Assembly (NCBI RefSeq): GCF_025526975.1
Contig: NW_026515690.1
Coordinates: 186,001-250,000, forward strand
DNA: 64,000 bases
Direction: 5' to 3'
Origin: Fimicolochytrium jonesii
Lineage: Eukaryota
Positions 41,839-53,111 of the stretch are shown piece after piece (the first letter of the stretch is position 1; each line of letters starts with the position of its first letter). The position numbers were made by a program, and so were the translations under genes. The notes under the pieces are model-generated. The model did no database searches, was not told the origin of the DNA, and was given only the letters and a program-made list of their open reading frames with translations.

Positions 41839-42423
41839 TGCGGAGTAATTGGGAAAATATACTGTACAAAGATCCAGAAGCCAGTACATCCCTACTCACA
41901 TACTGTACGTTGCGATGGGCATGAGGGAAAAAGCGTACCGATAGCAAGGCACCGGCGGTTCGGGAGCGCGAGCTCGTGTCGCAGCTAAAACAGCCCTTAC
42001 ACTCGGGGGTTTCATGCAGCAGAGCGGGGCCAAAGATATTGCTGATCCATGACCAGATGACTGCGTACGTAGAAAGAGACGTCGCAAGACTATGTGGAAT
42101 TTTTCCAAGACAGGACATGGTCTACGTATCGCTATAAGAGCAAGTCCGCGAACATCCGATGCGGGCCTACATGTTGTCCCCAAGCCCGTTCCAGGCGTAT
42201 CAGACAAGGCTGCATTACCTTCAAGCCTCTAGGAATCTGTCTGGCGTGCGGGTCCACATGTTATCCACAAGCTCTTTCCCGGTGTGTCAGACCCCGCGCT
42301 GCATTGCGGCGGTCTTCAGAGGCGAGGGGGTTCCGGCCGGCGCATTCGCACTACCTTTGCCTACCCTGCGAGCCACGGTTCCCTCAAGCATTTTCGAAGC
42401 CGTTCCCTTCGATGCATTAGAAT

Positions 42424-45400
42424 TCAAAGCTTGCTGTAGGTTGGAACGCATAAGGCTAAGCCAATAACGGCGTTCGACCTCCCCGAACATACCTTGCATG
42501 TCTTGCACCGCAGGCAAGACTCCTCCCCAGATTCGCCTCCAGGACCGCTAACGCTTTCGGTGTGCTGGGTGTCAGTCCCTGCCGCGCTGGCATGTCGAAT
42601 CATCCAAAACTTCGTTCCAATAACAGCTATCAACATCGTGTACAGAGACATCTCCACAACCAGGCAGGATAGCGTATCAACGACTGGCGGGCTGCGAAGA
42701 TAACGGGTGTCAGTGAGTTCATAGTTCGTCCTAAAGTCCGCACATGGTAAGCCTTGGATGCGAACTGCATGATCCATACCTGGAGAGGAACGCAAGCAGC
42801 GGCAAGATGATAATGGCCGAGACGGTCACAGCGTAAGCGGAGTACCCGATGTAGATCGTCTCGTTGTATTTCTGCCACACGTTGCGAGTCTTGAAGGACA
42901 TGTACGATAGCGCAACGAGGAAGACCAGGATGATGCCGATGAGGCCAAAGCCGAGCGACTGAAAGTGGTCGCCCGTTCCTCGAATCCAGTCGCTGGCCCC
43001 GTCAGCTACAAGTTCTTCTCGGATGGGCCACACCGTTGTCCAGACTATGATATAAATCTGCAAACGATGATGGGCAAGATGTTATCGATACCTGATCATT
43101 GTGCAGAGCTTTGCATGATCCAGGCAAAGCGCGGTGCACTTACCCAAACCACGGCACAGATGGCAGTCGCGCGAAGAAGTAAAACACTTTGCGGAAGGTT
43201 GATGCGGATTTTCGAGTTGAAGATCCGGTAGATTCTGCGTAACATTCGTTAGTTGAGGCCTGCAGTCCTCTGAGAAGGGTTTTGATGCCCAAGATGCAAC
43301 GAACCTGTGGGTCTTCACGAACATGGCCGCGAAAGACATAATAAACCCTGTGGACATCAACCAGATGGTTGCGGTGAGACCGGTCTTGGTTGCGCCGATA
43401 TTTACGTGAGTGAAAACGGACAGGTGGCCCAAGAGGATACCCAATGTCGTAAGGACAGCAAAGGCAGGCGACGCCGAGGCAACGACTGGATGTTTTCTAA
43501 ACATGATAAGCCCGATCATCGACGCAACCGTGGCTAAACTTCCGAAAGATGCTAAAAGGTTCAGAACGGCAACCATTGCAACGTTCAGTTTGACAATGGG
43601 CCTGGTATACTATGATTAGTTTATGCGCGCTGTACCAAGGGAACTCCTTAAATGTTACCTTGGCGGCACTTCGTCCAAAGGCTGGGACAAGTAGAATGCG
43701 TTTGTGGCACCGTATCCTGCGATCAAAGCCGCAGTAAGACTATCATTCAACGAAACCTTGGCGCTGAGACACAGCCTCCCTCACCTTGTTGGGACCCGCC
43801 GAACACAAACACCAACGGCTTGGTGCTTGGCTTGCATAGTAACGCATCGGGTAGTTCACTGGCAACGCACGCATTTGCCGCTTCGGCTTGTACAAGCGTC
43901 ATAGCGGCTGGTGAGTTGGTGCCCAGCGGTAGTTTCCCGGACTCGGTGAAGACCCATTTTCCTTGGACAGTGTTGTAAAAGAACGTGTCGGGACTCGCCG
44001 AGTTGGCCGTGCGACCGCCGATGTACAGGATACGGTGGGGATCCACAAGGACTGCAGCATGTCCTTCGATAGCGGGGGCTACACCAGCCGGATTGACGGG
44101 GATCCACTCCTTCCCTTCGATTGCGTAGATGTGTAAACTGTTGGTTAGGCCGCTCGCTATACCACCTAGCGCGAACATAATGTCAGGATGTGCCGCAAGT
44201 CAAGACATGATACGCATTACTAAGACTTTTCATACCCCCAAACAGCGCCATGTGAGTGCTATTGATAGCTGTCAATGTCGCCTGTTGCCGACCCTCGGGC
44301 CACAAAACCTTAGCGGAAGCCGGCAAGACAGTAGTGAGAGATCCGTCGGCGAAGCTGTGCTGGTAGAGGTCGGAGGACAGCTTCTGATCTGCCGTCACAC
44401 CACCGAACATGTACAGCTTGTTTTCGACAAGGGCACCAGCATGGCCGGAGAGACGGAGATCCATCGACAATTTGGTCCAAGTTTTTGTGACTATATCAAG
44501 AGTCCACATGTCGCCCAGGGTAGCGTTCGATCCTAAGCCAGCCCTGCCACCTTGTACGAAAATGGTTTTCGAATCCAACGCAGCGGTAACGTGTTGGATT
44601 CGAGGTACGGGTTTGGTGCTGCTGGCCACAGTAGCATCTGAAATCACGCTCCACTGCCGGTAGTCAAAGTCAAAGAGATACGTGAAAGCGTTTAGGGCTC
44701 CTGTGCCGTCCGCTCCGCCGTACAAAACAGCTTTGTTCGTTCCGGGAAGCCTGATGAAGGTGGCACCTTCCAGGTCCGGCGGGGACATGCCGAATACGCC
44801 ACTTAATTCAACCCAGGTTCCGGGTGTTTGTGACAACGTCGCGGAGGATGTAGCCGTGAAAAGGCCTGTCGAGCTGATCTTGGTGGAAATTGCTTTCCCT
44901 TGCAATTGTTGTTTGATTGACGCAAGATGGTCCGCACTGGAAGGAAGGAGAAGAAGCATGAGCATCCGTCAACTACGGGCAGCATTGACAACACGAAGTA
45001 CTGACCAGGTTCGATAGGTCGTGATAGGGCATGAATTATTGCTGCCACGCATGATCAAAGGGACAGTGCGTGCCATCAATGCCGAAGCTTCGGCCGATCT
45101 CCATGCAGCTAAGCTCACGCCGCCGGCAGTAGCATCCATGATGCGATTGGTCTGAGCAAAGTTGCCGGCGAAGCGGTCCTTCAGGCTAAGCAATACCGAC
45201 TGGTCAACCCGCTTCATTGCGGAACTGAGGATGTATCGGCTGGCAATGTCGCTGGTGTTGGTAAACGGTAAGGCTAGCCCTTCATCACTGTCAACTCCGA
45301 TTACGAAGACACCTTTCCGGGCGGCATACTGGATGCCCGCAGAGCCAGTACTGCCACCGGCGCCGAAAATGATGTCTGCTCCCAACGCTATGAACTCTGG

Positions 45401-46461
45401 AGAGGTGCAATGAGATCAATACGCTGAACACTTCACTGCTTGGCAAATCGTTGAATGCATTAGAGTAATCCTACCTGCAGCGATTGCTTGTCCCTCAGAG
45501 GTGCTCGTAAACGACGTGGCATATTTGCGGAGAACACGGCAGCTAGGGCATGTGATCCCCACACCCATCACATAGCCGTTGGTATACTTTAGCACTGCGG
45601 TATTGGGCTGTCCACCTTAGGATACCAAATGAATCGAGTCATTGTCAGCACGAAATATGGTTTAAATGATGTGAAGTGGGAAGAAGTGCATGCCATACCA
45701 ATGACTCCAACGATCCTGGATGTGCTGCTGAGTCCTGCAAGGGCTCCAGCCAAGAAGCCGGACTCATCTTCGGAGAAGATTGCGCCCTACAGGAAGCGAG
45801 TTTCGTAAGTCAGCCCTTGAGTATAGGGTATGCACGAGTTCATGAGACTCTTCCCGGCGTACCTGCACATTCGCATAGTCGGAGGTGGCTGGGTAGCTGA
45901 CTGACGAGGTCGAGATCTTAACATTCGGGAACTCCTTGATGCCTATTGTATTAAGGTTATACTTGTGCCCGCTCCGCGCAAGATAGCAATGCCGCACTTA
46001 CAGCCGGGAAGTTGCTTGGCGTACTTTGACGAGATGAGAACGTAATGATCGTAAGTACCACCGCCGTACGTGCCATCTGATTGTTTATTCAATATAATCG
46101 TAAGCGCAAACGTTCTTAGTGGAGATCTCAAGCGCAAACGTTCGCACTCAAGTAGCCTCGCAAATTGTTGAGAAAGCCAGCATCACTGCTGGCACTCTTG
46201 TAATCGTAAGTACAGCTATCGGTTGCTGGGTTTCCGTATGCCGCGATGGCCGATGGACATCCGCTCCACGCGAGTTCGACATACGGCTGCGTTGCTATAC
46301 ATTGTTCATGAAGTGAGTATTAATTGATCACACCCGTGGATGCAAGCAAGGCGATACAAACATTTATCTCCATCTCCTATCACCAGGATTCGCAATGCAT
46401 GGGCATTGACACAGCAAAACACAATTGAAAGCAACCAGCTGAATCGCACACGGTTCATCAT
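42424..46461 (-). CDS. Class C GPCR-like receptor: signal peptide + BMP/PnrA periplasmic-binding domain + Kelch beta-propeller + 7tm_3 domain (~14 exons)
   Basis: Signal peptide MMNRVRFSWLLSIVFCCVNAHA; BMP motifs FSEDESGFLAGALAG, GADIIFGAGGSTGSAGI..AA...VIGVDSDE and ILSSAMKRVDQSV; six Kelch GG motifs; 7TM motifs RKHPVVASASPAF, FAAMFVKTHRIYRIF and KTRNVWQKYNETIYIG. Confidence 0.85.
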
Positions 46462-47341
46462 TGACCAGTTGTGCATCAAACAAGAACTTAGGGATATATG
46501 ACGCAGGTCAGAGCACTCGATTTTGTGTTGACAAAACCGGGGGTATTGAACGAATAAGTGAAGGAAGTGAAAGCCACACCAGCGCCTTTTAAACGCTTGT
46601 CACAAGAGGCCAGAGCCCGTCCTGCGGCGCCATATGGAAGAGGCGAACCATCGGCGAATTGTGGTAGCTGAAAATGGACAAACTCTAATGAGAAGCTTCC
46701 GCAGACGAATGCCCGGAAACATTCTAGAAGCTCTGTCGTTGGCGATACGCTTTCTGCTCAGGCTGCAGCGATTCCAACTTTGAATCTAGGAGGGTCCTTA
46801 TGTTATTAGCTGAGAGGATCGGACAATCCCCATTCAAGAAGCTTTTCCGTACTCAAAAAGTCCGACTCCGAGTGACAAACAACATTCGAGAACCCTCCTG
46901 TCTGCTCAGCTCGCGAGCGATGCCAAATATAACTTCAAATATCGACGGTGGCTGTGTTTTTCAATGGCCAGAATGCCGGGCATTGCGTCCTCATCCGTTA
47001 TCGGGATTGTCTCCCAACTTCCAGAAGAAGTTCGATTTACAGTAAATTCGCGTCTCTCAAAGCCGAACTCCGATTGCTTACGGCATGCTCCAACTTGACG
47101 CCACAAATCTGAGTTAACAGTGTATCTCAACATGACGGCAATCAACCGCCGCCCCCCGACTTCCTCTTGGAGCCTGGCAGCTGCCAGTCCCCCCCCCCCC
47201 CCCCCGCCCCCCCGCCCGCCACCCCGCCACCCTCACTACAACACACCGTCAGTCCCCCATCGGATGCGATCGCTTTCCTGGTTATTCGGTTAACCAGGAT
47301 GGATCTCGCCGCCGTGTGGAGCGGTTACCCCGACTGGGTTA

Positions 47342-47364
47342 CCCTAACCCTAACCCTAACCCTA
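47342..47364 (+). repeat. Interstitial telomere-type repeat (CCCTAA)3CCCTA
   Basis: Read directly: ccctaaccctaaccctaacccta; a poly-C tract lies at ~47189-47206. Confidence 0.85.
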
Positions 47365-48619
47365 CCATACCAACGCTGTCCACCGACCTGGACCCGAGCT
47401 CTGTGCCCCGACACGCTCGCGGGAAACGCCAGGCACAGGCCGCCTGCATACCGCGAGTCGAGCGGCCTTTGTTTCGATCTTTGCTCGAAGTATCTCTTCT
47501 TGTTGCTTTCGCATTTGACGCTGCCTTTCCTCCCTCTCGCGGGGCTCTTGCTCTGCTTTCTCGAGTGCTTTCTAGCGCGCAATTCTCCTCTCCTCTTCGA
47601 TGCCCTCCTTGTTTTGCCAGGTAGTACTCTTTCCTCCTCGCGCTTCCTCTTCCACGTCTGCCGAGCTCGCTCTGCCTCTGCCTGCTGGCGTCCCGCATGC
47701 TCGGTGTGCACTCAAGTGGTGAGTTCCGAGAGGAAGACGTGATGCTCGAGCGGAATAGCGGTGCCCTTAGCGGACGGTTTGTATGGGATGGTGCGATAGC
47801 CGGTGTTGATGGAATAGCTCAACAAGCGGTCCGGCATATCGTCCATGCCCTCGGAGCAGTTGGTAGTGACAAAGTGTGTCAGAGAATTGTGCTCGACCGA
47901 CAACGAGCGCGGAGGAAAGGCATGGAGTGCTGCGCCACTGACAGTGTTTTGACAGCATTTCACGCTTCCCGCTCAGCGGTCATCAAGCCCCCAGCACTCC
48001 CCAACACTGACACGCCGCCAGATCGCACGAAAAGAGCCCCCTCGCCTACCTCGCCACAACGGGGTCTTCCATCACGCAAGTAATCCCCGCCGCCCACCGC
48101 GGCCATCGCTGATACCCGCCTCGTCTTCGTCCATCTTCGGGATTTCTCCGTATGAAGCCGTTCCAAGCGCCGCTCTTGCAATGAAGCTGCCACCGCATGA
48201 TTGCCGGCGATGTCGATACCTAAGTACTGAATTGACGGCGTGCATTTATGCTGTGTGTTGTTCTAGATTAGTACGCAGCGGGAGTTTACGGTTTCACTCC
48301 CTAGACTCCGCAAGATACGTTGCAATCTCGTGAGCTGCGGTATTATGTGACGGGGTTTTTGGGATATGCCATATATTTCGAAGCAGAATGATACAGAGGG
48401 AGGCTGCTATACAATCGTTCATGATCTACTAGTCATCTACATCCTTCATGCGGTCGAACGATGGTGGTGCACGCAACGTTGCCACATTGTTATGAAGTCT
48501 TGGGTCGGGGGAGACTGTGAACGGCAAGACGAGAGAAGTCAGATTCCGACACAGGTCATCATTCTCGAGACAACGACACGTTGGCGCTTTTGTGCATACC
48601 CCAGAGCAGTCTACATCAT

Positions 48620-48850
48620 TCACAAGCAATCCGACTCGCACTCCTGTTTTCCCTGCGCTGCATTCCAGTGGCAGCAAGTCCAGCAATAGCCGTATCGCCT
48701 GCAGCCTTGGATCGTGGCGCCCTCAGGCGCGCGGACGCCGTGCATGTCTTTAGCCTTGGCGGGAGTGGCGGCGGGAGCGGCGGCGGGAGCGGCCGCGACC
48801 ATTTGGAGCGTCGCGAGGACGGTGAGGGCGATGATGGCTGTGAACTTCAT
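48620..48850 (-). CDS. Small secreted cysteine-rich prepropeptide (76 aa, 6 Cys)
   Basis: Signal peptide MKFTAIIALTVLATLQMVAA, an Ala/Pro-rich pro region and C-terminal GCRRYGYCWTCCHWNAAQGKQECESDCL*. Good start context (GCCAAAATG) and TATTTAA about 115 bp upstream. Confidence 0.8.
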   Translation of the reverse strand: MKFTAIIALTVLATLQMVAAAPAAAPAATPAKAKDMHGVRAPEGATIQGCRRYGYCWTCCHWNAAQGKQECESDCL

Positions 48851-49092
48851 TTTGGCGGCGGAGGGTGTTTTGTGGCAGGTTTCGGATGCGGGTTTTGGGG
48901 CGATGTGTGTGCGGTTGGTGAGAGGAGGATGAGGAGAGACGGATGGGGGCTCGCACTCGGTCCTTAAATACTCCATGGCCGAGGTGCCCCGCTCGCCGAC
49001 CTTCCTGAGAACAGTCCATCCCCCACAGTCCTCGTCTTTCTCCCACCATGCCCGTTCCGCCCGCATTGATCATGCCCGGGTCCTCAAAGACC

Positions 49093-49288
49093 CGTCCGCA
49101 GCCCATTTCGCCCGATCAGCAATACCAGGTTGGGCGTCGTAGACCTCTATTGAAACACTTCTGTGCATCGTCCAACGGGCGTCGTCCTTCAGAGAGCTCG
49201 TCCGCAGCCCATTTCGCCCGATCATCAATGTCCATTCTGGGCGTCGTCGACCCCTATCAAAACAACTCTATGCATCGTCCAATGGGCG
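49093..49288. repeat. Tandem duplication with a ~106-bp period
   Basis: CGTCCGCAGCCCATTTCGCCCGATCA occurs at 49093 and 49199; both copies continue with TGGGCGTCGT and TGCATCGTCCAA.GGGCG. Confidence 0.85.
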
Positions 49289-49801
49289 GGTTTTGAGGGC
49301 GCACATTGCCCAGAGGATGGGATCAAGCGCCTGTTCGGTTAAGACAATTTGGACGTTCGGATGATGCTGTTGTAAACCTCGCAATTGAGAGTGGCAATAC
49401 ATGGTTCTCGGCGTCATTCATCCAACATCCCCTTCGTTCAATGGTCTCTCGCAGATATCAGGCTGGTCTGTGTACACTACCGGGTGGTGCTGTTTGGGTG
49501 CATGAGTTCATGACCAACGACATTCACATCCAATATCGGTCGGGTCCCAATGGCCCCTCGGAGAGATTCCTACTGTACTGTGTGGTGGGTGTGCACTACT
49601 GAACACAAACGGATGGCAACGACCGCGAGACAGAGCAAGCAGAGTCTATTTGAACACAACAAACATCCCCCCACAACGCCCCCACAGCCCTCGGGTGATC
49701 AGGCGTACCACAATGTTTTTGACGCATTCACCAAACGTCGGTCTAGTCTGTCAACGGTCTCTGAGCTCTTGGAGAGATCTGGTGTGTGTACAGTCAGTGT
49801 A

Positions 49802-49928
49802 CAGTGAACGGACAAAATGCTGTGCATCCCCCTGAAATAAATCAGCGACTGCCGCAGCGCCAAATTCACGTGAGTGACCGACTTTGATTTCAATTAGAGG
49901 GGGTGCACAGGTTTATGTCCGTTGACTG
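49802..49928. mobile_element. Tc1/mariner-type MITE (~127 bp), complete copy
   Basis: TA|CAGTGAACGGACAAAATGCTGTGCATCCCCCT ... AGGGGGTGCACAGGTTTATGTCCGTTGACTG|TA: ~31-bp imperfect terminal inverted repeats, CAGT termini and a TA target duplication. Confidence 0.85.
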
Positions 49929-51903
49929 TACACTATTGCCCAAGAACAAACGCCCTGCCCAACGATCCAAGGCTGCAAGCGGAGTTGCCCTTAGTCATTC
50001 GCGTGCCCCATACAAATAATTTGATCGGTGGTCACCCGAATGTTTTCCGTGCAAGACATCTGAATTCAGAAATGTTTGACTGCAGTGACGGCCGTTTGTG
50101 ACGGTTGTGGATCCGAGGACTGTTGTATGTATGTTGGCGCAGGCGATGTGCCGTCGACGAGTCCGTTGAACCGAGGTGAAGGTTGGCGGGGACTGGAACC
50201 CCTACAGTAGGAGTCCATTACGGAGGTACAGTGCATGGGTCCGCGACGACGCCCGTGGTCGGTTAGGTTCACCCTCCGTACACCGTGGCTATGTATTCTG
50301 AAGCATTCGTATGTTGACGCGGGCGGGGAGGGCAATATGCAACATGCACCCTGTGAAAAACTCTGCGACGGTTAGAGGTTTGGAACTTGGAAAGCTTATT
50401 ACGGTAGGTAGGTCCGCCACGACGCCCGTGATCGGACAGGTTGATCAGGCCTACGTCGTAGCGTACATATACCGTGCGTTATTTGGATGGGGTCTCCAAA
50501 CAGACGGGGCTCATCCATTGGCCATGATATAATACCATCCAACATGCATCAAATTCGCATTTGGTCGCATTTGCCCAGCTGTACTGCTTGCCTGATTGCC
50601 CGAACACTCCTCGCAGCCGCATCCATGCCCTTGCCGAGATGGCACCCCATTCTTCATTCGGAACGACCGGAATCTCAGTGTGTCCCACTTTCCCAATATG
50701 ATGAGCGAAGTGTCCCATTTGAGCGCTCTTCCCCACCTGGAAAGTGACTATAGAATGATTGAATGCGCATGTGCGAAAGTATGTCTTACCTGCCCTGCTA
50801 CTGCTATGCGGACATGCTACGGAAAGTCGTGTAAACCGAGGTCGCTCATGCACTGGGGATGACAACCTACCCCGACTCTAACCGGAAACTACAAACCCTA
50901 CACAAAAAGTCCTAAATCTCTACCTAGCATCCCATCCAGCTATCCAGCCCACCAACCTCCCCTCACACATCATCCGGGCCCTGCCCAGCTTCCTCCAACT
51001 TCTCCCCCTGATGAGTGCCGCCATGCCGTAGCAGGTGGGACACGTGGACGTACGCTGAAGACGAGACCCAGTCAAACGCTGGGAGCTAAACCTTTGCCGC
51101 TGCTGATTACATCAAAGACACTTGACCATGGGCTCACGGGGTAGCCGCTCCACTCATGTCACTTTTCAACCTTGCCGGCCTTGCCAACTCCTTCTTGACC
51201 AAAATCCGCGGACTCTCTGCTGTTGGTATGATGCACCGCGTGTAAGGGCATCAACTCCAACTACCGCACAGTGGAATTCCCAAAGGACCGCACTGAGGTG
51301 TACGTTGTGCAATTGTCGGATGAGCAGCACATGGAAGATTCCTGTTCCTGCCGTCATGCGTGCACGCTTACTGCTGCTGTCCGTGTTGCCGTGGGCTCGT
51401 TGGTGTCTGCTTTGTCCTGCTGTCTGCGATAGGCAAGGATATGCGCGTGGTCTCCTGCCTCCAGCGCTAAATCCGCCCGTGGGTTGCCTAGGGCCGCAGG
51501 GTGGACCCCAGCAAAAGGATGGGATTGGCGAGACATTTGCGAGGAATCTCTGACCTCCTGCGTAACACTTGCATGCATCTCACGCTGCCCTCAACGCCCC
51601 CCGCCCGCCGCAGTATGCATGAGTTTTTGCGCTCATCTTTCGATGACCTTTTGCCCGAGCATCCCGAAAGGCCCAGGAAATTTGACTCTCTCGAATGCTC
51701 TTGCATCAAGCTCATGCACGTTGCATTCAGAAGTCTCATTATCAACTTGAAGAAGCCCATTCAACCCTCGCCGAATCAGGAATCAGTTGTGATGAACTTT
51801 CCCCTGTGCATCGCCCTATTGTGCATATTCATGGATCCCACCGGCCTCGATGATTGCGTAAACTCTTCCCCGCCCTACGCAGTGGCACCCCCTTCCAACA
51901 CCA

Positions 51904-52752
51904 TCATCTATTCTTCTTCCCAAGCCCAATACGCTCATCCTCCTCCCAGCGAGCGAGTACCAAATTGGCCAACGCTACCACAACAGGAACCCCCATAACC
52001 CCCACCGTAACCAACCGCAACTCCTCAAACGGCGCAATCCTGCACAACCATACCGCATTCATCGCATACGCGACCACCGGCGCAGCCTCAAAGACCCATC
52101 CCCCACGGGCTCGTCCCACCCCACCCAACAACCGCACGACGAAAAACGTCGGGAAATTGACAATCAACCACCCGTAGTAGTTCTTCACAGGAACGCCGAA
52201 ATACGCGCCATGCACAAACGCCGACCGATCCCATTTCCACATCCCGTCCGCCGGTCCGAGGGGGTCGATGCACAGGTCGTAGGCTGTGAAGATAAGTGTG
52301 TCGATTGCAGCCGATGCGAGGGCGGTGATCACCCGTGATGCTTTTCGAGAGGTGCGTTTCCCGGGGAGGAGGAGGAGGTTGGTCACCCCCGTCGAGGCAT
52401 ACATGACGGGGTACATCCCGATTAGTACTCCCATGGGCACGCCCAGAACCGCATGTTCCGCTAACGCGTCTCCGAATGCATGCACGCCGAAGAACCAGCC
52501 GCGTTGCAGTACCACATCCATGTAAGTCGTCAGACCCCACCCCACGGCTTGCATGACCAGCAAAAGCGTGGGCAGCGCGATGGAGCTGGAGGCATGGGTG
52601 TGGTGGGTGAAGGAGAAGAGGAGCGAGGAGAAGAGGTTGATTGCGCCGATGAGCGGGTTGCCGGAGAGAGAGGTGGCGGTGAGGGAGTGGTGTGTGAGAC
52701 AGAGCAGGTGGAGGGCGAGGGTAGCCCATAGGAGGGGGGTTTTCGTGGGCAT
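51904..52752 (-). CDS. CruF-like carotenoid biosynthesis membrane protein (Caroten_synth/DUF422 family), intronless; start may be at 52839
   Basis: Multi-TM ORF with GWFFGVHAF...LGVP, AYDLCIDPLG, MWKW and YFGVPVKNYYGW, matching the D..LDP / W.W / GVP..N..GW pattern of CruF-type hydratases. Confidence 0.75.
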   Translation of the reverse strand: MPTKTPLLWATLALHLLCLTHHSLTATSLSGNPLIGAINLFSSLLFSFTHHTHASSSIALPTLLLVMQAVGWGLTTYMDVVLQRGWFFGVHAFGDALAEHAVLGVPMGVLIGMYPVMYASTGVTNLLLLPGKRTSRKASRVITALASAAIDTLIFTAYDLCIDPLGPADGMWKWDRSAFVHGAYFGVPVKNYYGWLIVNFPTFFVVRLLGGVGRARGGWVFEAAPVVAYAMNAVWLCRIAPFEELRLVTVGVMGVPVVVALANLVLARWEEDERIGLGKKNR

Positions 52753-53111
52753 TATTTTCGGCTTGGTGGGGGGGGGGGGATGTCGAGAGATGTCGACACC
52801 ACGACCGACCGACTGTTGGGGGGGTGTGCCGTTATCCATTGGCTCCAGCTCTCTCCCGTGGGCAGGTCAAACCTTCAAACTTAAAGAGCTCAGGAAACTC
52901 GACAGCGCGTATTCAGTTTGTAGTTTTTACAGTGCCAAGTCCCCTGTGGTCTTGGTCGCTCAAACCCCGCTGCCCCTCAACGACTCTCCAAACTCCCCAC
53001 GTACTGTACTGTACTGTCTATATATATATATATATATCAGCTCAAGGAACTCCTCCTACCCGCCCAACCCACGACCATACAACCCAAACTTCAACCTCAC
53101 CGTCAAAAAAA

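Noticed and set aside
46102..46143. 14-bp direct repeat AAGCGCAAACGTTC that looked like an insertion footprint disrupting the receptor gene
   Set aside because: It falls inside a GT-AG intron (~46146-46077 on the minus strand), and the spliced frame stays open.
47325..48200. Possible transposase remnant
   Set aside because: No DDE, reverse transcriptase or helicase motifs recognisable; only basic low-complexity ORF pieces.
50000..51900. Several short overlapping ORFs
   Set aside because: No recognisable motifs or consistent splice model; left unannotated.
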